Positions 1 to 13,076 of a stretch of 64,000 nucleotides of DNA are shown here, in pieces. The DNA lies in assembly GCF_017348835.2 (NCBI RefSeq), contig NZ_CP071375.1. The stretch is one strand, 5' to 3'. The position numbers were made by a program, and so were the translations under genes. The notes beneath the pieces were generated by a model. That model had not been told where the DNA came from. It worked only from the letters and a program-made list of their open reading frames with translations, and did no database searches. Source of the DNA: Escherichia coli (GTDB taxonomy: Bacteria > Pseudomonadota > Gammaproteobacteria > Enterobacterales > Enterobacteriaceae). The first letter of the stretch is position 1, and every line of letters begins with the position of its first letter.

Positions 1-15
1 TGCCTTATCCGGCCA
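1..15. repeat. Partial REP (palindromic unit) truncated by the window edge
   Basis: tgccttatccggcc matches the REP core gccttatccggcctac seen repeatedly elsewhere in the window. Confidence 0.4.
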
Positions 16-209
16 ATAAAATCCTACCAATTCAATAAGTTGATATTCTTTCATGCTCTTATAAAGGTCGTGTCTCTGGCGGATGTACGTTTGTCATGAG
101 TCTCACTCTGTTGCTAATTGCCGTTCGCCCCTGAACATCCACTCGATCTTCGCCTTCTTCCGGTTTATTGTGTTTTAACCACCTGCCCGTAAACCTGGAG
201 AACCATCGC

Positions 210-1403
210 GTGTTTCAAAAAGTTGACGCCTACGCTGGCGACCCGATTCTTACGCTTATGGAGCGTTTTAAAGAAGACCCTCGCAGCGACAAAGTGAATT
301 TAAGTATCGGTCTGTACTACAACGAAGACGGAATTATTCCACAATTGAAAGCCGTGGCTGATGCAGAAGCGCGCCTGAATGCGGTGCCTCATGGCGCTTC
401 GCTTTATTTACCGATGGAAGGGCTTAACAGCTATCGCCATGCCATTGCGCCGCTGCTGTTTGGTGCCGACCATCCGGTACTGCAACAACAGCGCGTAGCA
501 ACCATTCAAACCCTTGGCGGCTCAGGGGCATTGAAAGTGGGCGCGGATTTCCTGAAACGCTACTTTCCGGAATCAGGCGTCTGGGTCAGCGATCCTACCT
601 GGGAAAACCACGTAGCAATATTCGCCGGGGCTGCATTCGAAGTAAGTACTTACCCCTGGTATGACGAAGCGACTAACGGCGTGCGCTTTAATGACCTGTT
701 GGCGATGCTGAAAACATTACCTGCCCGCAGTATTGTGTTGCTGCATCCATGTTGCCACAACCCAACGGGTGCCGATCTCACTAATGACCAGTGGGATGCG
801 GTGATTGAAATTCTCAAAGCCCGCGAGCTTATCCCATTCCTTGATATTGCCTATCAAGGATTTGGTGCCGGTATGGAAGAGGATGCCTACGCCATTCGCG
901 CCATTGCCAGCGCTGGATTACCCGCTCTGGTGAGCAATTCGTTCTCGAAAATTTTCTCCCTTTACGGCGAGCGCGTTGGCGGACTTTCTGTTCTGTGTGA
1001 AGATGCCGAAGCTGCAGGCCGCGTACTGGGGCAATTGAAAGCAACAGTTCGCCGCAACTACTCCAGCCCGCCGAATTTTGGTGCGCAGGTGGTGGCTGCG
1101 GTGCTGAATGACGAGGCATTGAAAGCCAGCTGGCTGGCGGAAGTAGAAGAGATGCGTACTCGCATTCTGGCAATGCGTCAGGAACTGGTGAAGGTATTGA
1201 GCACAGAGATGCCAGAACGCAATTTCGATTATCTGCTTAATCAGCGCGGCATGTTCAGTTATACCGGTTTAAGTGCCGCTCAGGTTGACCGACTACGTGA
1301 AGAATTTGGTGTCTATCTCATCGCCAGCGGTCGCATGTGTGTCGCCGGGTTAAATACGGCAAATGTACAACGTGTGGCAAAGGCGTTTGCTGCGGTGATG
1401 TAA
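210..1403 (+). CDS. tyrB: Aromatic-amino-acid aminotransferase (PLP-dependent, class I)
   Basis: 397-aa ORF; N-terminus (M)[19 protein letters not shown] and [17 protein letters not shown] lysine motif recognised; GTG start at 210 chosen by homology, ORF-track start 168 is an upstream extension. Confidence 0.95.
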   Translation: MFQKVDAYAGDPILTLMERFKEDPRSDKVNLSIGLYYNEDGIIPQLKAVADAEARLNAVPHGASLYLPMEGLNSYRHAIAPLLFGADHPVLQQQRVATIQTLGGSGALKVGADFLKRYFPESGVWVSDPTWENHVAIFAGAAFEVSTYPWYDEATNGVRFNDLLAMLKTLPARSIVLLHPCCHNPTGADLTNDQWDAVIEILKARELIPFLDIAYQGFGAGMEEDAYAIRAIASAGLPALVSNSFSKIFSLYGERVGGLSVLCEDAEAAGRVLGQLKATVRRNYSSPPNFGAQVVAAVLNDEALKASWLAEVEEMRTRILAMRQELVKVLSTEMPERNFDYLLNQRGMFSYTGLSAAQVDRLREEFGVYLIASGRMCVAGLNTANVQRVAKAFAAVM

Positions 1404-1624
1404 TGCAGGAAAGCAGGCTGGAGTTACCCAGCCTGCAGTAAAATTAAACTGTCGTCGCTTTCACTCTTTCTTTGTAGATGATTTTTTGATGCCATCGTTC
1501 TACGTGAGGGATAATAAAACGTTGTTAGTTTTTTTATTGTTAAGCTTATCCCAATTATCTGGAATTCCTTATCCTGTTTTTTTGTGTGGAGTAATAATTT
1601 CTGCACATCTAACCATTATTAAAT

Positions 1625-2110
1625 TTAATAATAAGTGCCGGGTTTGTTACGATAGAATTTTTCTATATCCTCAAGAATATGCTTTGCCTTATTGCCTGTG
1701 ACTTTCTGAGATTCAATTATAGTATCGTTAAATTCTAAAGTTAAAGAGAACTCTTTTTTTCCGCTTTGTGTAAGTTTAACCTTATATTGTTTACCAATAT
1801 CAAATAAAAAGGTCCTGTAATGAGAATAATCACCTTTAACCTCCTCGGCAAAACAGCAAAGCGTGCAAATATACATACAATCTTTCTTACCCCTGATTTT
1901 GTTAACTAAATCAATAAAAGCGTGAAAAACTCTATTTGCAATAGAACTTGATACTTCTTCTCCAGGTCTACAAAAATCTTTTGCAATTTTTAACTGTGTT
2001 TCTATATATAAAAAGAGATCTTTGGCATAAGAGAAATCTTTGTTATTTTGTGCATCTAACTCAATAGGTAAAGATGTCGTTTTGTTGCTATTCACATATG
2101 ATATATTCAT
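1625..2110 (-). CDS. Hypothetical protein (161 aa from second Met; 174 aa if the upstream Met at 2149 is used), no recognisable domain
   Basis: Intact ORF in the AT-rich tyrB-aphA spacer; AAGGAG Shine-Dalgarno 8 nt upstream of ATG at 2110; Cys cluster CMYICTLCC; no signal peptide or TM segment apparent. Confidence 0.55.
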   Translation of the reverse strand: MNISYVNSNKTTSLPIELDAQNNKDFSYAKDLFLYIETQLKIAKDFCRPGEEVSSSIANRVFHAFIDLVNKIRGKKDCMYICTLCCFAEEVKGDYSHYRTFLFDIGKQYKVKLTQSGKKEFSLTLEFNDTIIESQKVTGNKAKHILEDIEKFYRNKPGTYY

Positions 2111-2232
2111 GTCATCATCTCCTTCGTGAGTAATAAAATTAGTCACCATTGTAGGGTAGGGGTCTGGTCAATCAGAAATCATCTTTATAAACTTCGATTG
2201 TTTTTGTAATGCTGTATCATTAAGTTCATTAA

Positions 2233-3225
<993 letters not shown>

Positions 3226-3230
3226 CAGAG

Positions 3231-3268
3231 CGGGAGAGCGTGATGCTCTCCCGAATGCTGTTTTTTTA
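3231..3268 (+). terminator. Rho-independent terminator downstream of aphA
   Basis: GC stem gggagagc/gctctccc followed by a T7 run at 3261-3267. Confidence 0.6.
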
Positions 3269-3335
3269 ATCACACCTTTATCCTTTCGCTGTCTTGCTGC
3301 AAACTGATTAAGAGAGTTTTATCAAGGAGCAGCAC

Positions 3336-3752
3336 ATGTGGTATCAAAAGACGCTCACGATTAGCGCCAAATCTCGTGGGTTTCATCTGGTAACGGATGA
3401 AATTCTGAATCAGCTGGCTGATATGCCGCGCGTTAACATCGGCTTACTGCATCTGTTGCTGCAACATACCTCCGCCTCTCTGACACTTAATGAGAACTGC
3501 GATCCCACCGTACGCCACGACATGGAGCGTTTTTTCCTCCGCACCGTTCCCGACAACGGAAATTATGAGCATGACTATGAGGGAGCAGACGATATGCCTT
3601 CTCATATCAAATCCTCAATGCTGGGAACATCGCTTGTATTGCCGTTACATAAAGGACGTATTCAGACCGGCACCTGGCAAGGCATCTGGCTGGGGGAACA
3701 TCGCATCCACGGCGGATCGCGTCGCATCATCGCGACACTACAAGGGGAGTAA
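3336..3752 (+). CDS. yjbQ: UPF0047 family protein YjbQ
   Basis: 138-aa [27 protein letters not shown]... recognised as YjbQ. Confidence 0.9.
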   Translation: MWYQKTLTISAKSRGFHLVTDEILNQLADMPRVNIGLLHLLLQHTSASLTLNENCDPTVRHDMERFFLRTVPDNGNYEHDYEGADDMPSHIKSSMLGTSLVLPLHKGRIQTGTWQGIWLGEHRIHGGSRRIIATLQGE

Positions 3753-3755
3753 AAA

Positions 3756-4112
3756 ATGACCATTTCGGAGTTGCTACAATATTGCATGGCAAAACCAGGC
3801 GCAGAACAGAGCGTGCATAACGACTGGAAAGCGACGCAGATCAAAGTGGAGGATGTACTGTTTGCGATGGTGAAAGAAGTAGAAAATCGCCCAGCTGTTT
3901 CGCTGAAAACCAGCCCGGAGCTGGCGGAGCTGCTACGTCAGCAGCACAGCGATGTGCGTCCTAGCCGCCATCTGAATAAAGCGCACTGGAGCACCGTGTA
4001 TCTCGACGGTTCGCTGCCGGATTCGCAAATCTATTATCTGGTGGATGCGTCTTATCAGCAGGCAGTGAATTTACTACCGGAAGAAAAGCGTAAATTGCTG
4101 GTACAACTCTGA
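3756..4112 (+). CDS. yjbR: Uncharacterized protein YjbR
   Basis: 118-aa ORF 4 nt after yjbQ stop, likely co-transcribed. Confidence 0.9.
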   Translation: MTISELLQYCMAKPGAEQSVHNDWKATQIKVEDVLFAMVKEVENRPAVSLKTSPELAELLRQQHSDVRPSRHLNKAHWSTVYLDGSLPDSQIYYLVDASYQQAVNLLPEEKRKLLVQL

Positions 4113-4118
4113 AAGGAA

Positions 4119-4141
4119 AAGGCCGCTCAGAAAGCGGCCTT
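4119..4141. terminator. Bidirectional hairpin between convergent yjbR and uvrA
   Basis: aaggccgct-cagaaa-gcggcctt perfect hairpin between the two stop codons. Confidence 0.6.
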
Positions 4142-4146
4142 AACGA

Positions 4147-6969
4147 TTACAGCATCGGCTTGAGGAAGCGTGCCGTATGCGAAGCTTCGCACTCCGCGAC
4201 GGTTTCTGGCGTACCGGAGACGAGGATTTCGCCGCCGCCACTGCCGCCTTCTGGTCCCAGGTCGACAATCCAGTCAGCGGTTTTGATCACGTCGAGATTG
4301 TGCTCAATCACCACAATGGTATTGCCCTGATCGCGCAGTTTATGCAGCACGTCGAGGAGTTGCTGAATATCGGCGAAGTGCAGACCGGTGGTCGGCTCGT
4401 CGAGAATATACAGCGTCTGCCCGGTGCCGCGTTTTGACAGCTCACGCGCCAGCTTCACGCGCTGGGCTTCACCACCAGAAAGTGTGGTTGCGGACTGCCC
4501 CAGGCGAATGTACGTCAGACCAACGTCCATCAACGTTTGCAGCTTACGCGCCAGAGCTGGCACCGCATCAAAGAACTCACGCGCCTCTTCGATGGTCATA
4601 TCCAGCACTTCGTGGATGGTTTTGCCTTTGTACTTAATTTCCAGCGTTTCACGGTTATAGCGTTTACCTTTGCACTGATCGCACGGCACGTAGATATCCG
4701 GCAGGAAGTGCATCTCCACTTTGATCACACCGTCGCCCTGACAGGCTTCGCAGCGCCCGCCACGGACGTTAAAGCTGAAACGTCCTGGCGTATAACCACG
4801 CGCACGGGATTCCGGTACGCCCGCAAACAGTTCGCGCACAGGTGTAAACACGCCGGTATAGGTCGCCGGGTTAGAACGTGGAGTACGACCAATTGGGCTT
4901 TGGTCGATATCGATCACTTTATCGAAATGCTCCAGCCCCTGAATATCGCGATACGGTGCCGGTTCGGCGATGGTCGCACCATTCAACTGGCGTTGGGCAA
5001 TCGGGAACAGTGTGTCGTTAATCAGCGTCGATTTACCGGAACCTGAAACCCCTGTGATGCAGGTAAACAGACCGACTGGCAGCGTGAGCGTCACGTCCTT
5101 CAGGTTGTTGCCGCGTGCACCTGTCAGCTTCAGCACTTTTTCTGGATTCGCCGGAACGCGTTTCTTCGGCACTTCAATCTTGCGTTTACCGCTCATGTAC
5201 TGCCCGGTCAACGATTCAGGCACCGCCATAATCGCTTCCAGCGGACCTTCTGCGACCACTTCACCGCCGTGAACACCCGCACCAGGACCGATATCGATCA
5301 CATGGTCAGCGGCGCGAATTGCGTCTTCGTCATGCTCCACCACAATCACGGTATTACCGAGATCGCGCAGATGGATAAGCGTACCCAACAGGCGCTCGTT
5401 ATCGCGCTGGTGCAGGCCGATAGACGGCTCGTCCAGTACATACATAACGCCAACCAGGCCCGCACCAATCTGGCTCGCCAGACGGATACGCTGGGCTTCA
5501 CCGCCGGAAAGTGTTTCTGCCGAGCGGGAAAGTGTCAGGTAATTCAGGCCGACGTTAACGAGGAATTTCAGACGATCGCCGATCTCTTTAAGGATTTTTT
5601 CTGCAATCTTCGCCCGCTGACCTGCGAGTTTGAGATTGTTGAAGAATTCCATCGCATGACCAATGCTCATGTCGGAGATGGCGGGCAGCGGCGTATTCTC
5701 GACATACACGTGGCGCGCTTCCCGACGCAGACGCGTCCCTTCGCAGCTGGCACACGGACGATTGCTGATGAACTTGGCTAATTCTTCGCGTACCGCGCTG
5801 GACTCCGTCTCTTTATAACGGCGCTCCATATTGTGCAGCACGCCTTCGAACGGATGACGACGAATGGAGGTATCGCCACGATCGTTCATGTATTTGAATT
5901 CAATGTTTTCTTTGCCAGAACCGTACAACACCACTTTATGCACGTTCGCGCTCAGGCTGCCCCACGGAGCTTCGACGTCGAACTTATAGTGATCTGCCAG
6001 CGATTTCAGCATCTGGAAATAATAGAAGTTGCGGCGATCCCAGCCACGGATCGCACCGCCAGCCAGTGACAGCTCGGGGTTTTGGATCACGCGGTCAGGA
6101 TCGAAATATTGCTGTACGCCAAGGCCGTCACAGGTCGGGCAGGCACCTGCCGGGTTGTTAAACGAAAACAGTCGCGGCTCCAGTTCACGCATACTGTAGC
6201 CGCAAATTGGGCAGGCGAAGTTGGCGGAGAACAGCAGCTCTTCCGCTTTCGGGTCGTCCATATCCGCCACTACCGCTGTACCACCGGAAAGCTCCAGCGC
6301 GGTTTCAAACGACTCCGCAAGACGTTGGGTAAGATCGTCACGCACCTTGAAGCGATCAACCACCACTTCAATAGTGTGTTTCTTTTGCAGTTCCAGTTTC
6401 GGCGGATCGGAAAGATCGCAGACTTCGCCATCAATACGAGCACGGATGTAACCCTGGCTTGCCAGGTTCTCCAGCGTTTTGGTGTGTTCGCCTTTGCGCT
6501 CTTTAATGATTGGCGCGAGCAGCATCAGACGCTTGCCTTCCGGCTGCGACAGCACGTTATCCACCATCTGGCTGACGGTTTGCGCCGCCAGCGGGACGTC
6601 GTGGTCCGGACAGCGCGGTTCGCCGACGCGGGCGAACAACAAACGCAAATAGTCGTGGATTTCGGTGATTGTCCCCACCGTAGAACGCGGGTTATGAGAC
6701 GTCGATTTCTGCTCAATTGAGATGGCAGGAGAAAGCCCCTCAATATGATCGACGTCCGGCTTTTCCATCAGTGACAGAAACTGCCGCGCGTAGGCGGAAA
6801 GGGATTCAACGTAACGGCGCTGCCCTTCGGCATATAAGGTGTCGAAAGCGAGCGAGGATTTGCCAGAACCCGAAAGCCCGGTCACGACAATGAGCTTGTC
6901 GCGGGGGATAACGAGGTTGATGTTTTTGAGATTATGGGTGCGGGCGCCCCGAACTTCGATCTTATCCAT
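4147..6969 (-). CDS. uvrA: Excinuclease ABC subunit A
   Basis: 940-aa ORF with two ABC ATPase Walker A motifs ([20 protein letters not shown]) and zinc-finger cysteines. Confidence 0.97.
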   Translation of the reverse strand: MDKIEVRGARTHNLKNINLVIPRDKLIVVTGLSGSGKSSLAFDTLYAEGQRRYVESLSAYARQFLSLMEKPDVDHIEGLSPAISIEQKSTSHNPRSTVGTITEIHDYLRLLFARVGEPRCPDHDVPLAAQTVSQMVDNVLSQPEGKRLMLLAPIIKERKGEHTKTLENLASQGYIRARIDGEVCDLSDPPKLELQKKHTIEVVVDRFKVRDDLTQRLAESFETALELSGGTAVVADMDDPKAEELLFSANFACPICGYSMRELEPRLFSFNNPAGACPTCDGLGVQQYFDPDRVIQNPELSLAGGAIRGWDRRNFYYFQMLKSLADHYKFDVEAPWGSLSANVHKVVLYGSGKENIEFKYMNDRGDTSIRRHPFEGVLHNMERRYKETESSAVREELAKFISNRPCASCEGTRLRREARHVYVENTPLPAISDMSIGHAMEFFNNLKLAGQRAKIAEKILKEIGDRLKFLVNVGLNYLTLSRSAETLSGGEAQRIRLASQIGAGLVGVMYVLDEPSIGLHQRDNERLLGTLIHLRDLGNTVIVVEHDEDAIRAADHVIDIGPGAGVHGGEVVAEGPLEAIMAVPESLTGQYMSGKRKIEVPKKRVPANPEKVLKLTGARGNNLKDVTLTLPVGLFTCITGVSGSGKSTLINDTLFPIAQRQLNGATIAEPAPYRDIQGLEHFDKVIDIDQSPIGRTPRSNPATYTGVFTPVRELFAGVPESRARGYTPGRFSFNVRGGRCEACQGDGVIKVEMHFLPDIYVPCDQCKGKRYNRETLEIKYKGKTIHEVLDMTIEEAREFFDAVPALARKLQTLMDVGLTYIRLGQSATTLSGGEAQRVKLARELSKRGTGQTLYILDEPTTGLHFADIQQLLDVLHKLRDQGNTIVVIEHNLDVIKTADWIVDLGPEGGSGGGEILVSGTPETVAECEASHTARFLKPML

Positions 6970-7052
6970 TCACCTTTCCCGGATTAAACGCTTTTTTGCC
7001 CGGTGGCATGGTGCTACCGGCGATCACAAACGGTTAATTATGACACAAATTG

Positions 7053-7072
7053 ACCTGAATGAATATACAGTA
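7053..7072. promoter_or_regulatory. LexA (SOS) box in the divergent uvrA/ssb control region
   Basis: Reverse complement tactgtatattcattcaggt fits CTGT-N8-ACAG. Confidence 0.8.
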
Positions 7073-7223
7073 TTGGAATGCATTACCCGGAGTGTTGTGT
7101 AACAATGTCTGGCCAGGTTTGTTTCCCGGAACCGAGGTCACAACATAGTAAAAGCGCTATTGGTAATGGTACAATCGCGCGTTTACACTTATTCAGAACG
7201 ATTTTTTTTCAGGAGACACGAAC

Positions 7224-7760
7224 ATGGCCAGCAGAGGCGTAAACAAGGTTATTCTCGTTGGTAATCTGGGTCAGGACCCGGAAGTACGCTACATGCCAAA
7301 TGGTGGCGCAGTTGCCAACATTACGCTGGCTACTTCCGAATCCTGGCGTGATAAAGCGACCGGCGAGATGAAAGAGCAGACTGAATGGCACCGCGTTGTG
7401 CTGTTCGGCAAACTGGCAGAAGTGGCCAGCGAATATCTGCGTAAAGGTTCTCAGGTTTATATCGAAGGTCAGCTGCGTACCCGTAAATGGACCGATCAAT
7501 CCGGTCAGGATCGCTACACCACTGAAGTGGTGGTGAACGTTGGCGGCACCATGCAGATGCTGGGTGGTCGTCAGGGTGGCGGCGCTCCGGCAGGTGGTAA
7601 TATCGGTGGCGGTCAGCCACAGGGCGGTTGGGGTCAGCCTCAGCAGCCGCAGGGTGGCAATCAGTTCAGCGGCGGCGCGCAGTCTCGCCCGCAGCAGTCC
7701 GCCCCGGCAGCGCCGTCTAACGAGCCGCCGATGGATTTTGATGACGATATTCCGTTCTGA
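7224..7760 (+). CDS. ssb: Single-stranded DNA-binding protein
   Basis: 178-aa [31 protein letters not shown]..., Gly/Gln-rich tail ending DFDDDIPF. Confidence 0.97.
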   Translation: MASRGVNKVILVGNLGQDPEVRYMPNGGAVANITLATSESWRDKATGEMKEQTEWHRVVLFGKLAEVASEYLRKGSQVYIEGQLRTRKWTDQSGQDRYTTEVVVNVGGTMQMLGGRQGGGAPAGGNIGGGQPQGGWGQPQQPQGGNQFSGGAQSRPQQSAPAAPSNEPPMDFDDDIPF

Positions 7761-7823
7761 TTTGTCATTAAAACAATAGGTTATATTGTTTTAAGGTGGA
7801 TGATTAAAGCATCTGCCAGCCAT

Positions 7824-7852
7824 AAAAAAGAAGCCTCCGTTATGGAGGCTTC
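7824..7852 (-). terminator. Hairpin terminator after yjcB (probably also serving ssb)
   Basis: gaagcctcc-gttat-ggaggcttc hairpin with an A6 run on the + strand (T6 on the - strand). Confidence 0.55.
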
Positions 7853-7858
7853 TACGTA

Positions 7859-8140
7859 TCAGGTCAAAATCATTGGCCATTGTGGCGGTGTCTGATTCAT
7901 CTCTTCAATCATCACCGACTCGATGTTGTGCCAGATGGCGGTGATATCCGCCATTGTGATGCCAAGCAACCCCATCGCGAACCAGCAGGCGGAAACCACG
8001 CCCAGACCGCTGCTGATCACCGCAAGCCCGACATAATCAGACCGACGAAAACGGATGTTGAGCGTGCTGGCCAGAAACATCATTACGGCACTAAGAAGTT
8101 GCCAGCGAAGAAGAACCACGCCAGTGGTGAGGGTAGCCAT
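7859..8140 (-). CDS. yjcB: Small inner-membrane protein YjcB
   Basis: 93 aa from MATLTTGVVLLRW...; hydrophobic; the ORF-track 126-aa version is an upstream extension. Confidence 0.75.
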   Translation of the reverse strand: MATLTTGVVLLRWQLLSAVMMFLASTLNIRFRRSDYVGLAVISSGLGVVSACWFAMGLLGITMADITAIWHNIESVMIEEMNQTPPQWPMILT

Positions 8141-8568
8141 CAAACAATTCCTCTGAAAAGAGCCGATGCCCTGGACAGCGCGGCGTTGTTCACGGGAGGC
8201 GTGGTACACTCTGGCTATCGCGGGGCTTGCAGAACACAAAAATGAAACACTCTGTTTGTTTCATTAATTTTGTGAACTATATCACAATTGATTGTTTGTT
8301 AGCCATATTAGGACGTGACTTTTATTGCTGTACAAATTATGTGGTTTTTCAGTGGCATTAAGGGTATATCTTCCCGCCGCCTCTGTATTCCTGTAGAAAA
8401 TTAATTTTGAATATCAATGAATTATTTTCATCCAGGTGACGATTAAAAAGGTATCAATTTCAAATCAGGCAAAAGTGCTATTTATACCGTAAGATTTATC
8501 TAAAGACGTCGGTAGCCAGGGTTTCACCTTGCAATGGCCGGGTATAAACAGGCAGGAAATTGATAGCA

Positions 8569-10155
8569 ATGAGTCATCGTGCACGACACCAATTACTGGC
8601 GTTGCCGGGCATTATATTTTTAGTTCTCTTTCCCATCATTCTGTCGCTATGGATTGCCTTCCTTTGGGCAAAATCAGAAGTGAATAATCAGCTCCGAACC
8701 TTTGCTCAGCTGGCGCTGGATAAATCTGAGCTGGTCATTCGTCAGGCAGATTTAGTGAGCGATGCAGCTGAACGCTATCAGGGGCAAGTTTGCTCCCCAG
8801 CCCATCAAAAGCGAATGTTAAATATTATTCGTGGCTATCTTTATATTAATGAATTGATCTATGCCCGTGATAACCATTTTTTATGCTCATCGCTGATAGC
8901 GCCTGTAAACGGCTATACGATTGCACCGGCCGATTATAAGCGTGACCCTAACGTTTCTATCTATTATTACCGCGATACGCCTTTTTTCTCTGGCTATAAA
9001 ATGACCTATATGCAGCGGGGAAATTATGTGGCGGTTATCAACCCTCTCTTCTGGAGTGAAGTGATGTCTGATGATCCGACATTGCAATGGGGTGTGTATG
9101 ATACGGTGACGAAAACCTTTTTCTCGTTAAGCAATGAGGCCTCGGCAGCAACGTTTTCTCCGCTGATTCATTTGAAGGATTTAACCGTACAACGAAATGG
9201 CTATTTATATGCGACAGTTTATTCGACAAAACGCCCAATTGCAGCCATTGTTGCGACTTCATATCAACGTCTTATAACCCATTTTTATAATCATCTTATT
9301 TTTGCGTTACCCGCCGGTATTTTAGGGAGTCTTGTTCTGCTATTACTCTGGCTACGTATTCGACAAAACTATTTGTCTCCCAAACGCAAATTGCAACGCG
9401 CCCTCGACAAACATCAACTTTGCCTTTATTACCAGCCAATAATCGATATCAAAACAGAAAAATGTATCGGTGCTGAAGCGTTGTTACGTTGGCCTGGTGA
9501 GCAGGGGCAAGTAATGAATCCGGCAGAGTTTATTCCGCTGGCAGAAAAGGAGGGGATGATAGAACAGGTAACTGATTATGTTATTGATAATGTCTTCCGC
9601 GATCTGGGCGCGTACCTGGCAACACATGCCGATCGCTATGTTTCTATTAACCTGTCGGCCTCCGATTTTCATACGTCACGGTTGATAGCGCGAATCAATC
9701 AGAAAACAGAGCAACATGCGGTGCGCCCGCAGCAAATTAAATTTGAAGTGACTGAACATGCATTTCTTGATGTTGACAAAATGACGCCGATTATTCTGGC
9801 TTTCCGCCAGGCTGGTTACGAAGTGGCAATTGATGATTTTGGTATTGGCTACTCTAACTTGCATAACCTTAAATCATTGAATGTCGATATTTTGAAAATC
9901 GATAAATCGTTTGTTGAGACGCTGACCACCCATAAAACCAGTCATTTGATTGCGGAACATATCATCGAGCTGGCGCACAGCCTGGGGTTAAAAACGATCG
10001 CTGAAGGCGTCGAAACTGAGGAGCAGGTAAACTGGCTGCGCAAACGCGGTGTGCGCTATTGCCAGGGATGGTTCTTTGCGAAGGCGATGCCGCCGCAGGT
10101 GTTTATGCAATGGATGGAGCAATTACCCGCGCGGGAGTTAACGCGCGGGCAATAA
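8569..10155 (+). CDS. pdeC: c-di-GMP phosphodiesterase, CSS-motif periplasmic domain plus EAL domain
   Basis: 528 aa from [13 protein letters not shown]-domain motifs ([22 protein letters not shown]). Confidence 0.92.
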   Translation: MSHRARHQLLALPGIIFLVLFPIILSLWIAFLWAKSEVNNQLRTFAQLALDKSELVIRQADLVSDAAERYQGQVCSPAHQKRMLNIIRGYLYINELIYARDNHFLCSSLIAPVNGYTIAPADYKRDPNVSIYYYRDTPFFSGYKMTYMQRGNYVAVINPLFWSEVMSDDPTLQWGVYDTVTKTFFSLSNEASAATFSPLIHLKDLTVQRNGYLYATVYSTKRPIAAIVATSYQRLITHFYNHLIFALPAGILGSLVLLLLWLRIRQNYLSPKRKLQRALDKHQLCLYYQPIIDIKTEKCIGAEALLRWPGEQGQVMNPAEFIPLAEKEGMIEQVTDYVIDNVFRDLGAYLATHADRYVSINLSASDFHTSRLIARINQKTEQHAVRPQQIKFEVTEHAFLDVDKMTPIILAFRQAGYEVAIDDFGIGYSNLHNLKSLNVDILKIDKSFVETLTTHKTSHLIAEHIIELAHSLGLKTIAEGVETEEQVNWLRKRGVRYCQGWFFAKAMPPQVFMQWMEQLPARELTRGQ

Positions 10156-10157
10156 AA

Positions 10158-10481
10158 CTACAGGCGGTGGCGATAATCGCTGGGAGTGCGATCAAACTGC
10201 CGACGGAAAACGCGGGAGAAGGTCTGCTGCGAGACATAACCCAGGTCCATTGCGATATCAAAAATCGGACGCTCGGTGGTGCGCAACTCAACGGCGGCCA
10301 GTAACAGGCGGCGTTGGCGAATGTAATCGCCAAGCGTCTGATGCGTCACCGTGCGGAACATCCGTTGCAAGTACCACTTTGAATAGCCTGATTTTTTTGC
10401 GACGACATCAATGTTAAGCGGCTGGTCAATATGCTCGTCAATCCATGCGATAAGATCCTGAATAATTTTCTGATGGGACAT
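10158..10481 (-). CDS. soxS: AraC-family superoxide-response transcriptional activator
   Basis: 107-aa ORF MSHQKIIQDLIAWIDEHIDQPLNIDVVAKKSGYSKWYLQRMF... Confidence 0.97.
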   Translation of the reverse strand: MSHQKIIQDLIAWIDEHIDQPLNIDVVAKKSGYSKWYLQRMFRTVTHQTLGDYIRQRRLLLAAVELRTTERPIFDIAMDLGYVSQQTFSRVFRRQFDRTPSDYRHRL

Positions 10482-10537
10482 AAATCTGCCTCTTTTCAGT
10501 GTTCAGTTCGTTAATTCATCTGTTGGGGAGTATAATT

Positions 10538-10555
10538 CCTCAAGTTAACTTGAGG
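10538..10555. promoter_or_regulatory. SoxR operator in the divergent soxS/soxR promoter region
   Basis: Perfect palindrome cctcaagttaacttgagg between the two start codons. Confidence 0.85.
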
Positions 10556-10566
10556 TAAAGCGATTT

Positions 10567-11031
10567 ATGGAAAAGAAATTACCCCGCATTAAAGCGCTGC
10601 TAACCCCCGGCGAAGTGGCGAAACGCAGCGGTGTGGCGGTATCGGCGCTGCATTTCTATGAAAGCAAAGGGTTGATTACCAGTATCCGTAATAGCGGCAA
10701 TCAGCGACGATATAAACGTGATGTGTTGCGATATGTCGCAATTATCAAAATTGCTCAGCGTATTGGCATTCCTCTCGCGACCATTGGTGAAGCGTTTGGC
10801 GTGTTGCCCGAAGGGCATACGTTAAGTGCGAAAGAGTGGAAACAGCTTTCGTCCCAATGGCGAGAAGAGTTGGATCGGCGCATTCATACCTTAGTGGCGC
10901 TGCGTGACGAACTGGACGGATGTATTGGTTGTGGCTGCCTTTCGCGCAGTGATTGCCCGTTGCGTAACCCGGGCGACCGCTTAGGAGAAGAAGGTACCGG
11001 CGCACGCTTGCTGGAAGATGAACAAAACTAA
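10567..11031 (+). CDS. soxR: MerR-family redox-sensing regulator with [2Fe-2S] cluster
   Basis: 154-aa ORF; MerR helix-turn-helix; cysteine cluster [12 protein letters not shown]. Confidence 0.97.
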   Translation: MEKKLPRIKALLTPGEVAKRSGVAVSALHFYESKGLITSIRNSGNQRRYKRDVLRYVAIIKIAQRIGIPLATIGEAFGVLPEGHTLSAKEWKQLSSQWREELDRRIHTLVALRDELDGCIGCGCLSRSDCPLRNPGDRLGEEGTGARLLEDEQN

Positions 11032-11170
11032 AGCGCCACAAGGGCGCTTTAGTTTGTTTTCCGGTCTTTGTCTTTCTCTCTATCCCGCTGGTACACAGGA
11101 GGGTTTCCCCCGACGTCAACACACCTCATTCGAGCACGTGGTGGAGGTTCCGGTTGGTGTTGATGCTTTA
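11030..11170 (-). ncRNA. ryjA: Possible small RNA ryjA in the soxR-ghxP spacer
   Basis: Positional recall only; hairpin aaagcgccacaagggcgcttt lies at 11032-11056; no sequence-level verification possible. Confidence 0.2.
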
Positions 11171-11576
11171 ATTGTATGTCACCGACGTTTCTTCGCCAGT
11201 GTAAAAGTATACTTTTTAGCCGCAATATTTTTGTCATCTCAGACGATTTTTTATCGCAATCCTGAACGGTATACGGCTCGATAACGCTGCAATCTTGCGC
11301 ATCGACGATAACGTTTGCGCATCAATTGCCTGGTTTTTCATCGTCAAGACAATAAAAGAGAAAAAAGCAGCAAACTTCGGTTGAAAAAGCCGCTATGATC
11401 GCCGGATAATCGTTTGCTTTTTTTACCACCCGTTTTGTATGCGCGGAGCTAAACGTTTGCTTTTTTGCGACGCAGCAAATTGTCGCAAACCTGGAGCAGG
11501 AAGATAACGTTTCGCTGGCAGGGGATTGTCCGCCACGCATCTTGACGAAAATTAAACTCTCAGGGGATGTTTTCTT

Positions 11577-12926
11577 ATGTCTACGCCATCAGCGCGTACC
11601 GGCGGTTCACTCGACGCCTGGTTTAAAATTTCACAACGTGGAAGCACTGTCCGTCAGGAAGTGGTTGCCGGGTTAACAACGTTTCTGGCGATGGTCTACT
11701 CGGTCATCGTCGTTCCAGGTATGTTGGGTAAAGCAGGCTTCCCGCCTGCGGCAGTTTTCGTTGCAACCTGTCTGGTTGCCGGACTCGGTTCTATCGTGAT
11801 GGGTCTGTGGGCTAATCTGCCGTTGGCGATTGGTTGCGCCATCTCCCTGACGGCGTTTACCGCATTCAGCCTGGTGCTGGGGCAACATATTAGCGTACCT
11901 GTCGCGCTGGGTGCCGTGTTCCTGATGGGTGTGCTGTTTACGGTAATTTCTGCCACGGGTATCCGTAGCTGGATTTTGCGCAACTTGCCGCACGGTGTGG
12001 CGCACGGCACGGGGATCGGTATCGGTCTGTTCCTGCTGCTGATTGCTGCTAATGGTGTCGGTCTGGTGATTAAAAACCCGCTTGATGGTCTGCCCGTTGC
12101 GCTGGGTGATTTCGCGACCTTCCCGGTGATTATGTCACTGGTAGGTCTGGCGGTGATCATCGGCCTGGAAAAACTGAAAGTCCCTGGTGGCATTCTGCTG
12201 ACCATTATCGGTATTTCAATTGTCGGTTTGATCTTCGATCCTAACGTCCATTTCTCAGGCGTTTTCGCCATGCCTTCATTGAGCGATGAAAACGGCAATT
12301 CACTGATTGGCAGCCTGGACATTATGGGCGCGCTGAATCCTGTAGTCCTGCCAAGCGTTCTGGCGCTGGTGATGACGGCAGTATTTGATGCCACCGGAAC
12401 TATCCGCGCTGTCGCCGGCCAGGCGAACCTGCTGGATAAAGATGGGCAGATCATCGACGGCGGGAAAGCACTGACCACTGACTCCATGAGCAGCGTTTTC
12501 TCTGGCCTGGTGGGTGCAGCTCCGGCAGCGGTATACATCGAGTCTGCGGCGGGTACGGCGGCGGGCGGTAAAACCGGGTTGACGGCTATCACCGTTGGCG
12601 TGCTGTTCCTGCTGATTCTGTTCCTCTCTCCGCTTTCTTACCTCGTTCCGGGGTATGCAACGGCTCCGGCGCTGATGTACGTTGGCCTGCTGATGCTGAG
12701 CAACGTGGCGAAAATCGACTTTGCTGATTTTGTTGATGCGATGGCGGGTCTGGTTACGGCGGTATTCATCGTGCTGACCTGTAACATCGTAACAGGCATC
12801 ATGATCGGCTTCGCGACTCTGGTGATTGGTCGTCTGGTTTCCGGTGAATGGCGCAAGTTGAACATCGGTACGGTCGTTATCGCCGTGGCGCTGGTGACCT
12901 TCTATGCGGGTGGCTGGGCTATCTAA
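11577..12926 (+). CDS. ghxP: Guanine/hypoxanthine permease (NCS2/AzgA family)
   Basis: 449-aa polytopic membrane [31 protein letters not shown]... Confidence 0.93.
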
Positions 12927-12943
12927 TCTTTCATCGGATTCTG

Positions 12944-12977
12944 AAAACGGGTGGCAATGGCTGCCCGTTTTTATTTT
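12944..12977 (+). terminator. Rho-independent terminator after ghxP
   Basis: aaacgggtggcaatggctgcccgttt hairpin followed by ttattttctc. Confidence 0.65.
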
Positions 12978-13076
12978 CTCCGCACATTGTGTGAGCTTTT
13001 GCGATATTCTGAAAAAATGAGAATTCAGGCATAACGTCTTTCTCAGATCATAAAAAACATCGCAAACAGGGAACGC

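Noticed and set aside
168-209. Upstream extension of tyrB to an ATG at 168
   Set aside because: The conserved N-terminus begins at the GTG at 210; the extension ([14 protein letters not shown]) has no counterpart in the recalled protein.
829-1173. 114-aa minus-strand ORF inside tyrB
   Set aside because: Antisense shadow ORF within a conserved gene.
4177-6743. Series of plus-strand ORFs of 67-212 aa inside uvrA
   Set aside because: Antisense shadow ORFs within a well-supported 940-aa gene; no independent start or RBS evidence.
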